A DNA stretch of 64,000 nucleotides, from the NCBI RefSeq assembly GCF_963921235.1, contig NC_086097.1:112346001-112410000 (forward strand). Direction: 5' to 3'. The notes under the pieces were generated by a model. It was not told where the DNA came from. It worked only from the letters and a program-made list of their open reading frames with translations, and did not search any database. Shown one piece after another: positions 26,296 to 38,065 of this stretch. Positions within the stretch are counted from its first letter, which is position 1. Each line of letters opens with the position of its first letter. A program made the position numbers and the translations under genes. Origin of the DNA: Mobula hypostoma. Lineage: Eukaryota.

Positions 26296-28829
26296 GATCC
26301 TCCTTTATCCTAGCGTGGGTCTTCATTTTCCATTGTTATCCTCTTTTTCTTCATAAAATGCCTTGGGATTCTCCTTGATCCTGCACACCAAGGACATTTC
26401 ATGGCTCCTTTTGCCCTGCCTAATTGCTGATCTAAGCACTTTTTCTGCTACCTTTATAATCCACAAGTGCCCAGTCTGAATTTAGATTTCTAAACTTTAC
26501 TTATGCTTCCTTTTTCTTCCTGTTATGCTGCTGGCATTTAGGGCAGCAATGGAAGTCCCTCATCTCTGGCGGTGTTCAGGGCTTCCTTCATTGTGTCAGT
26601 AGCTCAGTTATTGCCTGGCAGCAGTTGCATCCAGTTCAGGCCCCTGAGCTCCCAACTTGTCGGAATTTGCCCTCCCCAAGTTTAGTACCTTCCCGCAATA
26701 TCTGACTTTATTCTTATTACAATGAATGTTGCATTCTCACTGCTCCAAGATCCTGGGTTCAACCTGTGCTGTTTGCCTCTTCTCTAATCGCAGGGCTTTC
26801 CTCTAGGTGTTCCAGTTTCCTCCCACATCCCAAGGACACACTCAGGTAGGTTAATAACAAAAATAATCAAAGGAGAGTTGATGGGTCTTGTGAGAGAGAT
26901 TAAGTTGCAAAGGTACAGGGAAATATGGAAAGGGATAAGGGAGCTACTGGGTCTGCTCTCTTGGGAGTCGGCATGGACTCCTTGGGCAAAAAATCTTCCT
27001 TCCATGTCATGCTGACTCTAAGTCTTCTGAGTACTTGAGAGCTCTGCTTCGTTAGCACCAGTGTAGGTTTAAGCACGGGTCTCAGAGAAGATTTGTACTG
27101 GGAACCTATCTCAGGTGTTCATTCTTTTGAGTTAAAAACTTACTCTTCGCATCAGATCTTCCCCAAACCCCTCAGATCACTACCTCTCCATTAAAATCCA
27201 GCTACAATTACTGCCACCCCATTACCACTGGTGGCCAATTATACCCAACATTACAATGAGGTCTGACTTAACTCTCTAAAGCTCAAGCTCTTTCCATCTA
27301 TACCTGCCTTTCATTCATGATCCATGAATTAATCAGCAAAGGCGTCAGCAAATTCATTGCCTAAGGACCAACAGGTGGCACATTATGCCCACCAATTTAT
27401 TTTTGGCCAACATACACTGCTGATTTAATAGGTGTATCCAGGTGGTCACAAAACAATCCCCAGGCCAAGGGATTTCAGAGGGCAGTGTCCCATTGTGGTC
27501 TTCTCCCTCTGAACGAACTTTACCGTATTCCCCTTTACCATATTTCTGCATAGCTGGGTAAATATTTACTTTTCAAGCACAAATTCCTTGTGAAACTGGT
27601 AAATGACTTTGCTTTCATCAAGCCTTCAGACTGTGCACTCCAGCTAACAGCAACTTGCAATATCATTTCTCTCCCACTTCCTTGTTTTTTTTTGTCAGTT
27701 GTCTCAGAGTAAATTGCTGCACCATATTAACAGCTGAATACTTAACAAGACATCATTAGGTTTCATATTCCAATCCATTATTGGGTATATTCCTAGTAAC
27801 CAAATAGGCTTTCTAATTCCTTTAATATCTTGGTATAAAACACTGATATTCCTGAAATATTCAGATATTATGATATCTTAAAAGTAGCAAGAAGAAACTG
27901 CCATGATCTCAGTAATCATCAACACAAGAAATACTTTTGCATGTTCATTACTGTCACCAAATTGACAGTGCATTTTTGGTATATTTTGTTAATTACTGTG
28001 AAAGGGTGAAAGGGTAGTCATCCACGCTGGCAAGGCCATCAAACTGTGGGGCAGTGCATGACAGAACTACAGGTAGTTGTATTTGTCTTTAATTTCACTT
28101 ACACCCTTACGGGAAACATCATTCTAATTGTTTCATTAATAATAGAGCCAGGACTGGTATTGAACCAATGATGATTGAAAAAATTGTCTATTTTATGACA
28201 CAAGGAACAGAAACACCAATCTATAGTGAAAATATCTTTCTTTTGTAAAGCCATATTTACTGTCAATAAGTAGATCAGCTGACAGTGATCAGAGCCGCAG
28301 TAAGCCATTCCCACCTGCAGCTTGGAACTGTGGATTAGTTATTCCCAATGCCAATCATCTGGTTATCTGTACTCTGTAGCCATTCTTGCATTCTATGTTA
28401 TTCTATTAGGCTAGAATTCATAGCGAGGAAGGATGGTGGTAAAAGGAGAGTACATGCCATTTCTCAGTGTGGTTTATAAAAGTACGCTTTTGTGAAAGTA
28501 ACCTTTGAATCACCTACAATCTTCACCAAAAATAAGTCAACACCAGGATTATTCAAAATTTTCAGTGATGACCTTGAATAGAAGAGAAACTATTTGTCTT
28601 TTTAATCAACATAAACTGCTGCATGTGATCACAAGCAAAGAGGACAATATTAGCTAAAAAGGGTGCACACAGCAAAGGTTCTTGCTACACTAAATAGATA
28701 ATGGTCACACAAACAGAAGGGAATTCTTTGGGTCCACACAGAGGAGGGCAGTGAGGTATTAGGGGATGAGGATCTTTTAAAGTTAGCTCTAAGGCTATTT
28801 AAACCAACTACATGGTGGTTAGACTTTAC

Positions 28830-29273
28830 CTGACATCATTTTCAGAGTATCGCCTTTGCATATCCTCTTTATTCTTTTGTTTCTTCCCTGTCTCGTCTTC
28901 CTCCTCCTCCTCCTTCTCCTCCTCTTCCCCCTCCTCCTCCTCTTTCTTCCCCTCTTTCCCTTCATCCTCCTCCACTTTCTCTTCCTCCTCCTTCTTCTTG
29001 TCCTTTGCCTCCTCCTCCTCATCTTTCCCTTTCACCTCTTCTCTCTCTTCCAACTCCGCACATTCCTCTTGCTCACATTCCTCTTGTTCTTCCTTTGGTT
29101 TGCTTTCTTCCCCCATATCCTCATTATCCTCTTTATTCTCACTGGCGTTTACTTTTTCGCCCTCCCCATATTTCCTTGTCACCTCTTCCTCCTCTACTTC
29201 AGCCTCCAACTCTGCCTCTTCCTTGTCCCCTTCTTCCCCTCCATCTTTCTTTTCTTCTAATGCTTTTGACCGC
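28830..29273 (-). CDS. RIMS2: Glu/Lys-rich symmetric cassette exon of RIMS2 (444 nt, phase 2-2): RSKALEEKKDGGEEGDKEE...KEDMQRRYSENDV
   Basis: Acceptor ttttgcaatttgatcttcag|G and donor CAG|GTAAAG. The frame is open, the length is a multiple of 3, and the phase matches the phase-2 end of exon 32707-32879. Confidence 0.8.
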
Positions 29274-30925
29274 CTGAAGATCAAATTGCAAAATAATGGA
29301 GGCATGCAAGACAGAATAAAACAAAAAATGATATTAGCTGCAATAAAAGGGATGAAAGAATTCCAAAAGGAAAAAAAACTAAAATTAAACAAGCAAGCAA
29401 TCTATGTAATAAACATTGTTTTGCATCAAATCACAGATAATTCAGAATAATTCTAAGCACAGTCAGTAATTTATATCTATTTTCTATACCAGATTTAATT
29501 AGAAACAAACCAAACATAATATTTGTAAATGCTCTTACAATATTATTTTATGAATTGATATTTCAACAATAACTATTGTAGTATAACACATAAATTAATA
29601 ATATATAGTAATTGACCAGCAATGCTGATGTCCCCAGTTGGGCCCTTGATCTATGACTTTGTTTTCCATTAACCTGATTTTTAAATGTTGGTTTATTGAC
29701 TCAAGTTCTTGAACTCATTGAACAGGCAGTAATCTGATGGAGCACATGAAAAGCCAATTGCAAAAAGAAACCAATTCTATATTTATGTAAGAAGCCCTTC
29801 ATATTGAGGATAAATATCTCATTGACCATTAATTTCTAATTCTGCTTTAACCTTTAAACATCTTTTATCCATGTGGCATTTTGTGTATGGGTGGTTCAGC
29901 AATATTAATAAGAAAGCTCCATTGCACTGAAATTCAAGAGACAAAAGGAAGTGATGAATTAGGGCTAATGGCAGCATCTGATTTGGTGCCATTCAGCCAC
30001 CTGACCAGGTGTAGTGTCGCTACACTGTACATACCTCAGTTATGACGTAGCTCTTCCATTGTAAATTCTACACTAACATTGTGATATGCAAACCACATAG
30101 ATGTTTTATATTATTTTCTAACAATCTTACTAATATTTATTGTAGCTGTGAAGCGTAAGAAATGAGAGCATAACCGGCTTGATAAGTAACTAGTTATGTA
30201 CTTAAGAACTGATTTGTTACTCAACTGAATGCTTTTACACTCTGTGCATGTACTTATGCCAACCCAGAAAAATCACAATATTCTCCTTTAGAAGACAAGT
30301 TGAGCTGCTCTTCCCATTATCACTTCCCTAATTTCACAGTTATATTTCAAGTTTGGCAGTAAGGGGAAACACTAATGGAAACAAAAATGAAATTGACTTT
30401 GCTATTTTGGCCCTTGGAATAATAGCAATGTAGAGATGTGTTTCTTGCAACAGGTTGATGTCTTGTAAATGGGGATTATAGTGGTGTTAGTGATGGTACT
30501 TGTAGTGTTGGTGTTGTTGTTGGTGGTGGTTACAGCAGAGCACGGGCATGGAATAAGAAAAATCTTTGCCTGGTCACCAACAGATAAGCTGTTTTTTGTT
30601 TTTCCAAAAGAAACCTGGAATATATTGAGTCTTCAATACACTTCTTCATGAAAGGATTTACTAAAATAACATGTTGTTTTAGTATTTATTTCTTCCAAAT
30701 GAAAGATGCTTGTAACACTGCTTTGATTGACAAACTGGTTAATTATAGACAAATGCAAGATCAGTATATTTTTGAAGTGAAAAAACATTGGAGAAATGTT
30801 GGCATTCAGAAGCATTTGGCATCCAAAAGTATAGTGGCAGACTTAGTGATCTGAATTTGTAAGTCCAAGAATTTTGTATTAGATATTGCTTCTGTGGGAA
30901 TCCCAGACTTTGTGCTGTTTAAATG

Positions 30926-31625
30926 GGTAAACGGGAGGGTGGAGAAGATGGCGGTGCGATGGTAGTGCGCGTGGCCACTTCGGTGATGAATATCTGTTAT
31001 CTGTCAAGTAGAGGGCCGTGCACAATCCTGATTTGATTGAGACAGACGTGACAGCACAGCGGAACATCTGGAAAACTTCTGAAATGCCGCTTTGCTGCCG
31101 CTGCTACTGTGTGGAAACTGTTATCTCCGGAGCTGAAGGCCCCAAAATCCTCGGCTTTGTGTGTTTCAGTGGCCAGGGAGAGGTCAAAGGCGCTCGGCAG
31201 AGGGTGGCGCTCGGGAGGCGGTATCGGAAAGGCTACTCGGAAGCTTGGAGTTTTTGGATGGATGGACTCAGGGTCGGCTGGGGTCGGCTGCTTCCTCGGT
31301 ATCGGCAAGTTGACGGTGCCTGGAGGTTTATGGCAGGGAGTTTCTCCCTTTTGCCGCCTGCTATCGGGGACTCGGGAGTCGATCGACTCGGGACTTTGAG
31401 ATTTTTTTTTACTGTGCCCATGGTCTGTTCTTTATCAAATTATGGTATTGCTTTGCACTGCTTTAACTATATGTTATAATTATGTGGTTCTGTTCGTGTT
31501 AGTCTTGGTCTGTCCTGTTTTCTGTGATATCACTCCGGAGAAACATTGTATCATTTCTTAATGCATGTACGCATTTCTAAATCACAATAAAAGAGGACTG
31601 AGTGTTCTCATAATCTAATCTAACC
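30926..31625 (+). mobile_element. Young CpG-rich non-autonomous retroelement with a Rex-like 3' tail
   Basis: Head aagatggcgg, then aataaaa and a (taatc)n tail, with a possible TSD taaatg (30920-30925, 31626-31631). Confidence 0.65.
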
Positions 31626-32706
31626 TAAATGCTCAAGGCTTTGCTCAGAACTGTCAGCATAGGCAGAGCTAGGTTTATAACCTGCAGTCCATGGACCCCT
31701 TGCTTAATGGCATTGGTCCATGGCATTAAAAAGGGTTGCTAATCCCTTGGCTAGAGTGATGCAGTTCATAATAATTAATGCCTTGACAAAGTAGATGTTG
31801 TGAAAATGTGGAGTCAAGGCTCGGGGCTTAAAGTCTTAAAGTAAGCAGATGGCCATTTTGTAATGAGAAGAGGAGACACTTATGCACTCAAAAGATTGTT
31901 CACAAATGGAATTCTCTACCCTTAAGGAGTATAAATATTTCTGCTGCAGAGTACATTAAAGACATACATTGAGAAACTTCCGCACAGGTAATCAGTGGAT
32001 ACCGGTGGGGAAACAGAAGCAGTACAGAGAATTGGGAACGGAGTACTACATTAATCATGATATTGGAAGTGTCAACAACTGTCCTATTCCAACTCCTACT
32101 TCTAGAGTCAATACAGCATGGATACAGGCCCTTTGGCCTAACAAGTACATGCAGACCATGGTGCCCATCCAGTTTGTCCCAATTTCCTGCACTAGACCCA
32201 TATCCCTCTGAGCCCCTCTCCTCTATCCATCTGCTTCTTGACTAATTTCTTGCAGTCTTTTGAAAAGTGAAACACAATGGACAATTGTGCAAGATATTTC
32301 TCAAGCCGCACTATTTAACACATTTGTTTCATTATATAAACAACATTGCCTGGTGTATAATGACGACGCTATTTACTGTGCAGTGTCTTTGTGAGTGCTG
32401 ATGACTCAGCATTGCCATATGCACCAGGCAACACTGCTTAGCCCAATGCTTAGCAATAATGTTATAATACTGAGGTTTCTGAATGTCTGAAATGGGTTGT
32501 TGTATGGTTTAAAAAAATAAAGATGGATATTACTAGAAAGAATAAAATTATTTAACTCAAAAAATCTATGAAGAAGCAACATTCCAAATATAAAACTCAC
32601 TTAAGGTGTAAGAGTGAAGTACTATCTCATTAATCAAACTGTTTAAACCTGAGACAAATGAATTGAGTAATATTCTACATAAGGTAACACCATCACTGGG
32701 TCTCAC

Positions 32707-32879
32707 CTGATCTTCCTGGTTGTTCGAGGATGCTCAGACTGCACAGACATGTAACTTGTACTGCTCATTCGTGAAGCGCTACTTGTCCTTGATACGGCAG
32801 ACACGTCACTTACATCGCTGTCTGATGACTTGTTAGAGATATTATCTGACCCTCGGTGTGTGTCTCGTCCCAACCGATG
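32707..32879 (-). CDS. RIMS2: RIMS2 internal exon (173 nt, phase 0 to 2): HRLGRDTHRGSDNISNKSSDSDVSDVSAVSRTSSASRMSSTSYMSVQSEHPRTTRKI
   Basis: Acceptor ttttcaatag|CAT and donor CAG|GTGAGA. SSDSDVSDVSAVSRTSSASR..SSTSYMSVQSE is the RIM Ser-rich block. SYMSVQSE matches RIM2 rather than RIM1 (SFMSEQSE). Confidence 0.95.
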
Positions 32880-35800
32880 CTATTGAAAAGTAATTATATC
32901 AATAACTTTAATCATTAAATCAAAGATAAAATTCCTCATTTGTTCTCATGTTCTTATTTCCATTCATATGTTACTCCAAAGCATTGAGTTTTTATATCAT
33001 GCTGATAACAATATTCAGTTCAAATTTAAAAGAAGGCGGGCTAAGAGTTATTCAAGGCTCAGGTGAATTAAAACCTGATGTTAAACTGATCAACCTGCGG
33101 TTTAGGAAAGCTTAACTTCCAAGCTTAATTGTTTCAAGTCATCTTCAGTAGAAGTATCAAGCTCTTTCTTATAAAGTCATAGAACAACTGCTTCTAAAGT
33201 ACCATTACTATAGAAGTTAATATCTGGAATTTGTTTCACTTTAAAAGATCTCATAAAGTGGCTTAAGGCCGTGGGTCCCAACAACATCCCAGAGATAATG
33301 CAGAAGAATGATACTCCAGATTGTCCAAATTGACTTTGTATAACAACACACATCAACTACTCAATAATGCAGGACAAATCCAGTCCATCAGTCTTCTCCC
33401 TATTATCAGCAAGTTAATGGAATATTATATCAACAGTTGATCAACAGACGTTTACTTACTAATATTCAATGATGCTCAGTTTGAGTTACAACTGGGCTGC
33501 AACTTCAGATGTCATTAAAGTCTGGACCGAATATTTAGAAAGTAGATGTTTGCCCATGTGAGTCCAGGAATTAAGGTATCATTTAACACAGTGTAATAGA
33601 TGAAATGCCATGTAAAACCAAGTCACTGGTAAGGAAAAAACTTTCCACTTGCTGAAGTTATAATCAGCATAAAGAAAATACTGAAAGCCAATCATCACAG
33701 CTCCACAGGAACTCCTCAGGACGATACCTAGGGCCAACCATCGTCAGCTGCTTCATCTTTAACTTTCCTTTCATCACAATACTAGAAGTTGGAATGTTTA
33801 CTGACTGTTCCAGTGTTTTGTTTCACTCACAGTCTGAGCCCATGCAATAAAACAGGTAACAATTGAACTGAGCTGGAAAGAATCAATATTTGTATCTCTG
33901 CACTACACATCTGCCAAGATATGACCATCTCCAGGGAGAATACACATATTTACTCCTGATACTTAGTAGACAGCTATTACAGAATCCCTCTTCATCAACA
34001 TCTCAAAGATCACTAATGATTAGAAATTTCATTGGACCTGCTTTGGTCAGAAGCTGGCTTTTTTTTTGGAGATATAGCACAATACCAGGCTCTTCTGGCC
34101 CAACTAGCCCATACTGTCAGTTACACCCATCCTAGCCAGCATGTCTCTGGAATGTGAGAGAAAACCTGAGCTCCTGGAGGAAACCCATGCAGTCACAAGG
34201 AGAACATATAAACTCCTTACAGACAGAGGGGGAGTTGAACCTGGGTTGCTGGCGCCATAGTCGCATTATGCTAACCACTATGCTGCCAAGCAACCCCTTT
34301 GCATTAATTGTCTCACCTACCCTGACTCCCCAAAACTTTCCATCAATTGCATGGTAAAACTCAGGAACTCTCCACTTCTCCAGATGAATGGACGTCCAAC
34401 AATAAGAAGCTTGCCACCATCCTATCTAAGCATCTCACTTATTTGGCACCTCATTCATCATCCTAAATCTTCACTGTCTACAATGTCAGATGTAGGTACA
34501 CGGGAACATAATCGCTGCATATTTTCATGCTGGATATGCACCGTCCTAGCATGGAAATATATCACCATTATTACTAGTTCACAAAACAATCAACCTGAGT
34601 GCCTTCACCAAGCAAGCTGCTGAGATTCAGAAAGGCAGTTCATCATTTGATTCTCAAGGGCAATTCTCAATGGATTATAAATTCTATTTTGCCAGTGAGG
34701 TCAGCATCCTATGAATAATTAATTAAACAGACTTCTGCATACTTAGTTCCAATCAATTGTTAAAAGTATGTGGCAAGAGCTCTTTGGCTTGTACTTGGAA
34801 ACCCAACGGAATTGAGGGATGAAGCACTGGGTCATTCTAGCCAACAGGATGAAAGAAAGCCTCGGTCAGTGGGAGACCAAAGATTTCAATATCCATTTTG
34901 GAAAAGATATCAGGCTTTGCTTTGTCTAAAAAGATATTAAAATTAACCTATTTTTCTGTGTTTCCAGCTCCAACTATGTTACCATTGAGTTTGATCAAAC
35001 AAGAAAATCATCATATATTTCCTGATCATGGCTCAGTTTAGGACCGTAATGAAGATACAATATTATTATTGCTTATGGAAAGAAGAACCATGGTGCCTCC
35101 AGGTGGATCTACTCAATTCTCAAACTGAGCAGGTTAAATTTTTTGTGTGTGATGTCAGCTGTTAAGATAAATAAAATCCTTTATTTTTAGCCATGTTTAC
35201 CAACAAACATTGGTGTGGTTTTCTCATTACAGTTTATGTGACAAAAATACTAAGTATTTGCTTCCCGTCCAAGGATTCTGTTGGACTTCAGATGGAAAAA
35301 GACTTACAACTACAGTGATAATGTCTTGTGTCACCTGCTCCATTACAAATTCAACCACATGCTACCTCCTTGAATCCTTTTTGTGTCCAGGAATAAGCTG
35401 ATGGTTATGATTTGTTTATATTTTGTAATATGGAACATAAAATCATTATCGGAATGCTGTTAGAAGACTCAGATGTAAAATTAGGATCTAATAAGGAGAC
35501 TGTAAAGATCAGTCTCATATTAGCAAGATTTTGGATGTGCAAACCAATTTCATTTCTGCAGCTTTGACCATTTAAAAATAGTCACATAACTTAGAACAGT
35601 ATGGTGCAGGAATAAGCACTTCAGTTTATCATGCCTGTGCTGACCTGGACACCAATCTTGACTAGTCCCATTGCCTGCACATAGCCCAGATCTCTCTATT
35701 CACTGCCTGTGCATGTGTCTGTCTAAATGCCTCTTAAACACCACCACCATACTTGCTTCCACCACCACTCATAGTGACGTGTTGTAGGCACCTACCACTT

Positions 35801-36749
35801 TCTGTGTAGAAATTCTGCCTCCCAAATTTCCTTTGAACCTTTCTCAAATTATCTCAAAGATGTGCCCTCTAATATTTGACACTTCCACACTAGCACAGTG
35901 GACGTTGTCTGCACGGACTCCGGTAACACATATGAAAAGGTTGCTCATGGTAGACTGATACAAAAGAATAAGGCACATGGGAAAAAAGACTCTCACTATC
36001 TACTTCATTGAGGCCCCTCATAATTTTATAAACTTCTATCAGGAACCACAGTCTGCAAGGGTTCAGAGACAAACAATCCAAGTTTGTCCAAACCTCCCCT
36101 ATAGCTAAAACACTTCAGGCAGGCAGCATCTGGGTAAACCTTGTCTGTACCCTTTCTGAGCCATCAGATCCTTCCGAGAGTGTAGGCACCAGAAATGCAC
36201 GTGGTACTCCAAATGTGGCCTAACTGATGTTCTGTACAGCTGCAACATGAGTAGCCATCTCTTATACTCAAAGATTCATAGATTCAAAGTACATTTATTA
36301 TCAAAATATGTATGCAGTATACAACTCTGAGATTTATCTTCCCACAGACAGTCACAAAACAAAGAAAACCATGGAACCTGCTCAAGGAAATACATCAACC
36401 CCCCCACTCCCCCCCCCCCGCCACCAGCCCAACCACGTGTAAAGAAATAGATTGCATAAATGGCAACAAAAATTGTTCCAACTGATAACATCAGACCTGC
36501 CTTACCATTCATTATTTGGAATAAATAATCTACCTATACACTCCTAGTAACAGCTCATACAGGAGTTTAGCAAAGCCTCAAGCACTAGCCATTGCAAAAC
36601 CATTGCCTTATTAAAATATCATATTCTAAGGTACAATAAGGCAACATCATCATGCTCTTACTATGGTGAATGGGTATTCCCTAGTAAGTCTTATTAGGTG
36701 TAATGGCAAAACCAGGCAAAACCAAACCAAACCGAAACCAAAACAATAC

Positions 36750-36845
36750 TGCTGTTGCCGGCGACCCGATGGATTTGTTATACTTGCATGATGCGCCCTC
36801 ACTCCTGTGATGACTGCTCCAAAAGTTGACGATATGTATTTGATC
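36750..36845 (-). CDS. Candidate 96-nt cassette exon (DQIHIVNFWSSHHRSEGASCKYNKSIGSPATA), phase 0-0
   Basis: gctaattggtaataaag|GAT...GCA|gtattg followed by a U/G-rich tract. The sequence is unique and retains CpGs, but both splice sites are weak. Confidence 0.22.
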
Positions 36846-37379
36846 CTTTATTACCAATTAGCAAACATACAATCTTGAGGCGATGAAACTCAAGCATACC
36901 CGTGTGTGAGCTAAGCATAATTGAGCATTATTGAGTGTTCAGCAAAAGACAGGGTCTCCATCAGCCCCCAGTTGCTACCAACTGCAGAGAACAAAGCATG
37001 AAGACAAAGCTTATTCCCTTTGCTTTTACAATGCCCTCCACTTATGTGACAAGTTATCATAATAACTGCACAACACATAGTACAACGCAGATAGAGAACA
37101 GATGCATGACTCTTACATTAAGTATAAACTTATTTCACTTTGTTTTCTTTGTGGCCCTGTTTTACCAATATTATAATGTATTTGTCAATCCCATGACAAC
37201 AACACTACAATACCTGGAGAGCAAACATAATGTTTTGCTGCCTAAAATTGATGAAAGGCAATTAGCAACATTCTCCCAGGCTGCAGCTTTTTTTCCCTCT
37301 CCAATTAAATTATTTCAAGTTCTTATTTGAGATAGTGATTGTTGTCTGTCAAGCTCAATTATTTCCGGCTTCCTTAAAG

Positions 37380-37458
37380 CAGGGGTTCCAACTTGGGGTC
37401 CACAGGCCTCTCGGTTAATGGGAGGGGTCCATGGCATAAAAATGGTTGGAAACCCTTG
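37380..37458. mobile_element. ~80-bp hAT MITE (same family)
   Basis: caggggttccaac...ggttggaaacccttg, with TSD ccttaaag/ctttaaag. Confidence 0.78.
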
Positions 37459-37661
37459 CTTTAAAGTAACATTTCCTCTTTCCTACTTGAATTAAACTAG
37501 GAAGAACTCAGTTAATGGTAGAATTTTTGAGATAACAATCTTTCCCTGGTTCCCCTGACAATCTTGGAGATATGGCGTTAGAGTAGGCGCATTCAATAAA
37601 CAGAAATACTAATGAAATTCAGCAAGTCATTTCAAAAGGTTGCAGTTTTCGTATACCTTAC

Positions 37662-37685
37662 CGAGCATCTAAAATTCTGACATCT
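37662..37685 (-). CDS. Candidate 24-nt microexon (RCQNFRCS), phase 0-0
   Basis: gtttatttcTGCtag|AGATGTCAGAATTTTAGATGCTCG|gtaagg. It lies in the phase-0 RIMS2 intron, in unique sequence. Confidence 0.4.
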
Positions 37686-38065
37686 CTAGCAGAAATAAAC
37701 TACTTTTACTCCAAAATACACAGATTTTTGGGATCATTAACCCCTTATCCCTCACCAGGTAAATTTCACATTGGCATTTGCTACTTTCAGCTTATGCTTG
37801 TTTGAAATAAATTGAATTAACTGCAGACTGACTTTTGTGATGGTGGGGAGCTCAAGTAAAGCTGAAATGGATAAATACCTTGTTGCAAGTGCTTCAGCCT
37901 TGGTCATCTGTAATTGAACACTTTGAGGTTCATCACTGAAAGGTTTGTCATGGAGTCTTTTCCTCCTTTTAAATACTCTGTACCTGGATATGTCAGGATT
38001 ACAGAACTCAGTCTGAAATAGTGGTCATGGGATCAATTAGCCCTGTTTATAAATATTGCTTTTAT

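Noticed and set aside
28097..28314. GT|GTAAGT donor and a 71-aa ORF just downstream of the Glu-rich exon
   Set aside because: The nearest acceptor is poor, the better upstream acceptor gives a stop in phase 2, and it is not the expected VFTSKMQ exon.
1..28800. Expected next RIMS2 exon (VFTSKMQSRQMG...)
   Set aside because: Not found by eye. It presumably lies beyond the left edge. The preceding RQLPQLPPKG exon was likewise not seen before 64000.
28812..29450. 212-aa Ser-rich plus-strand ORF and other overlapping ORFs
   Set aside because: These are shadow frames of the minus-strand Glu-rich exon (a low-complexity purine tract).
36807..36880. Box C-like GTGATGA suggesting a C/D snoRNA
   Set aside because: It is antisense to the host gene and has no properly placed CTGA box D or terminal stem.
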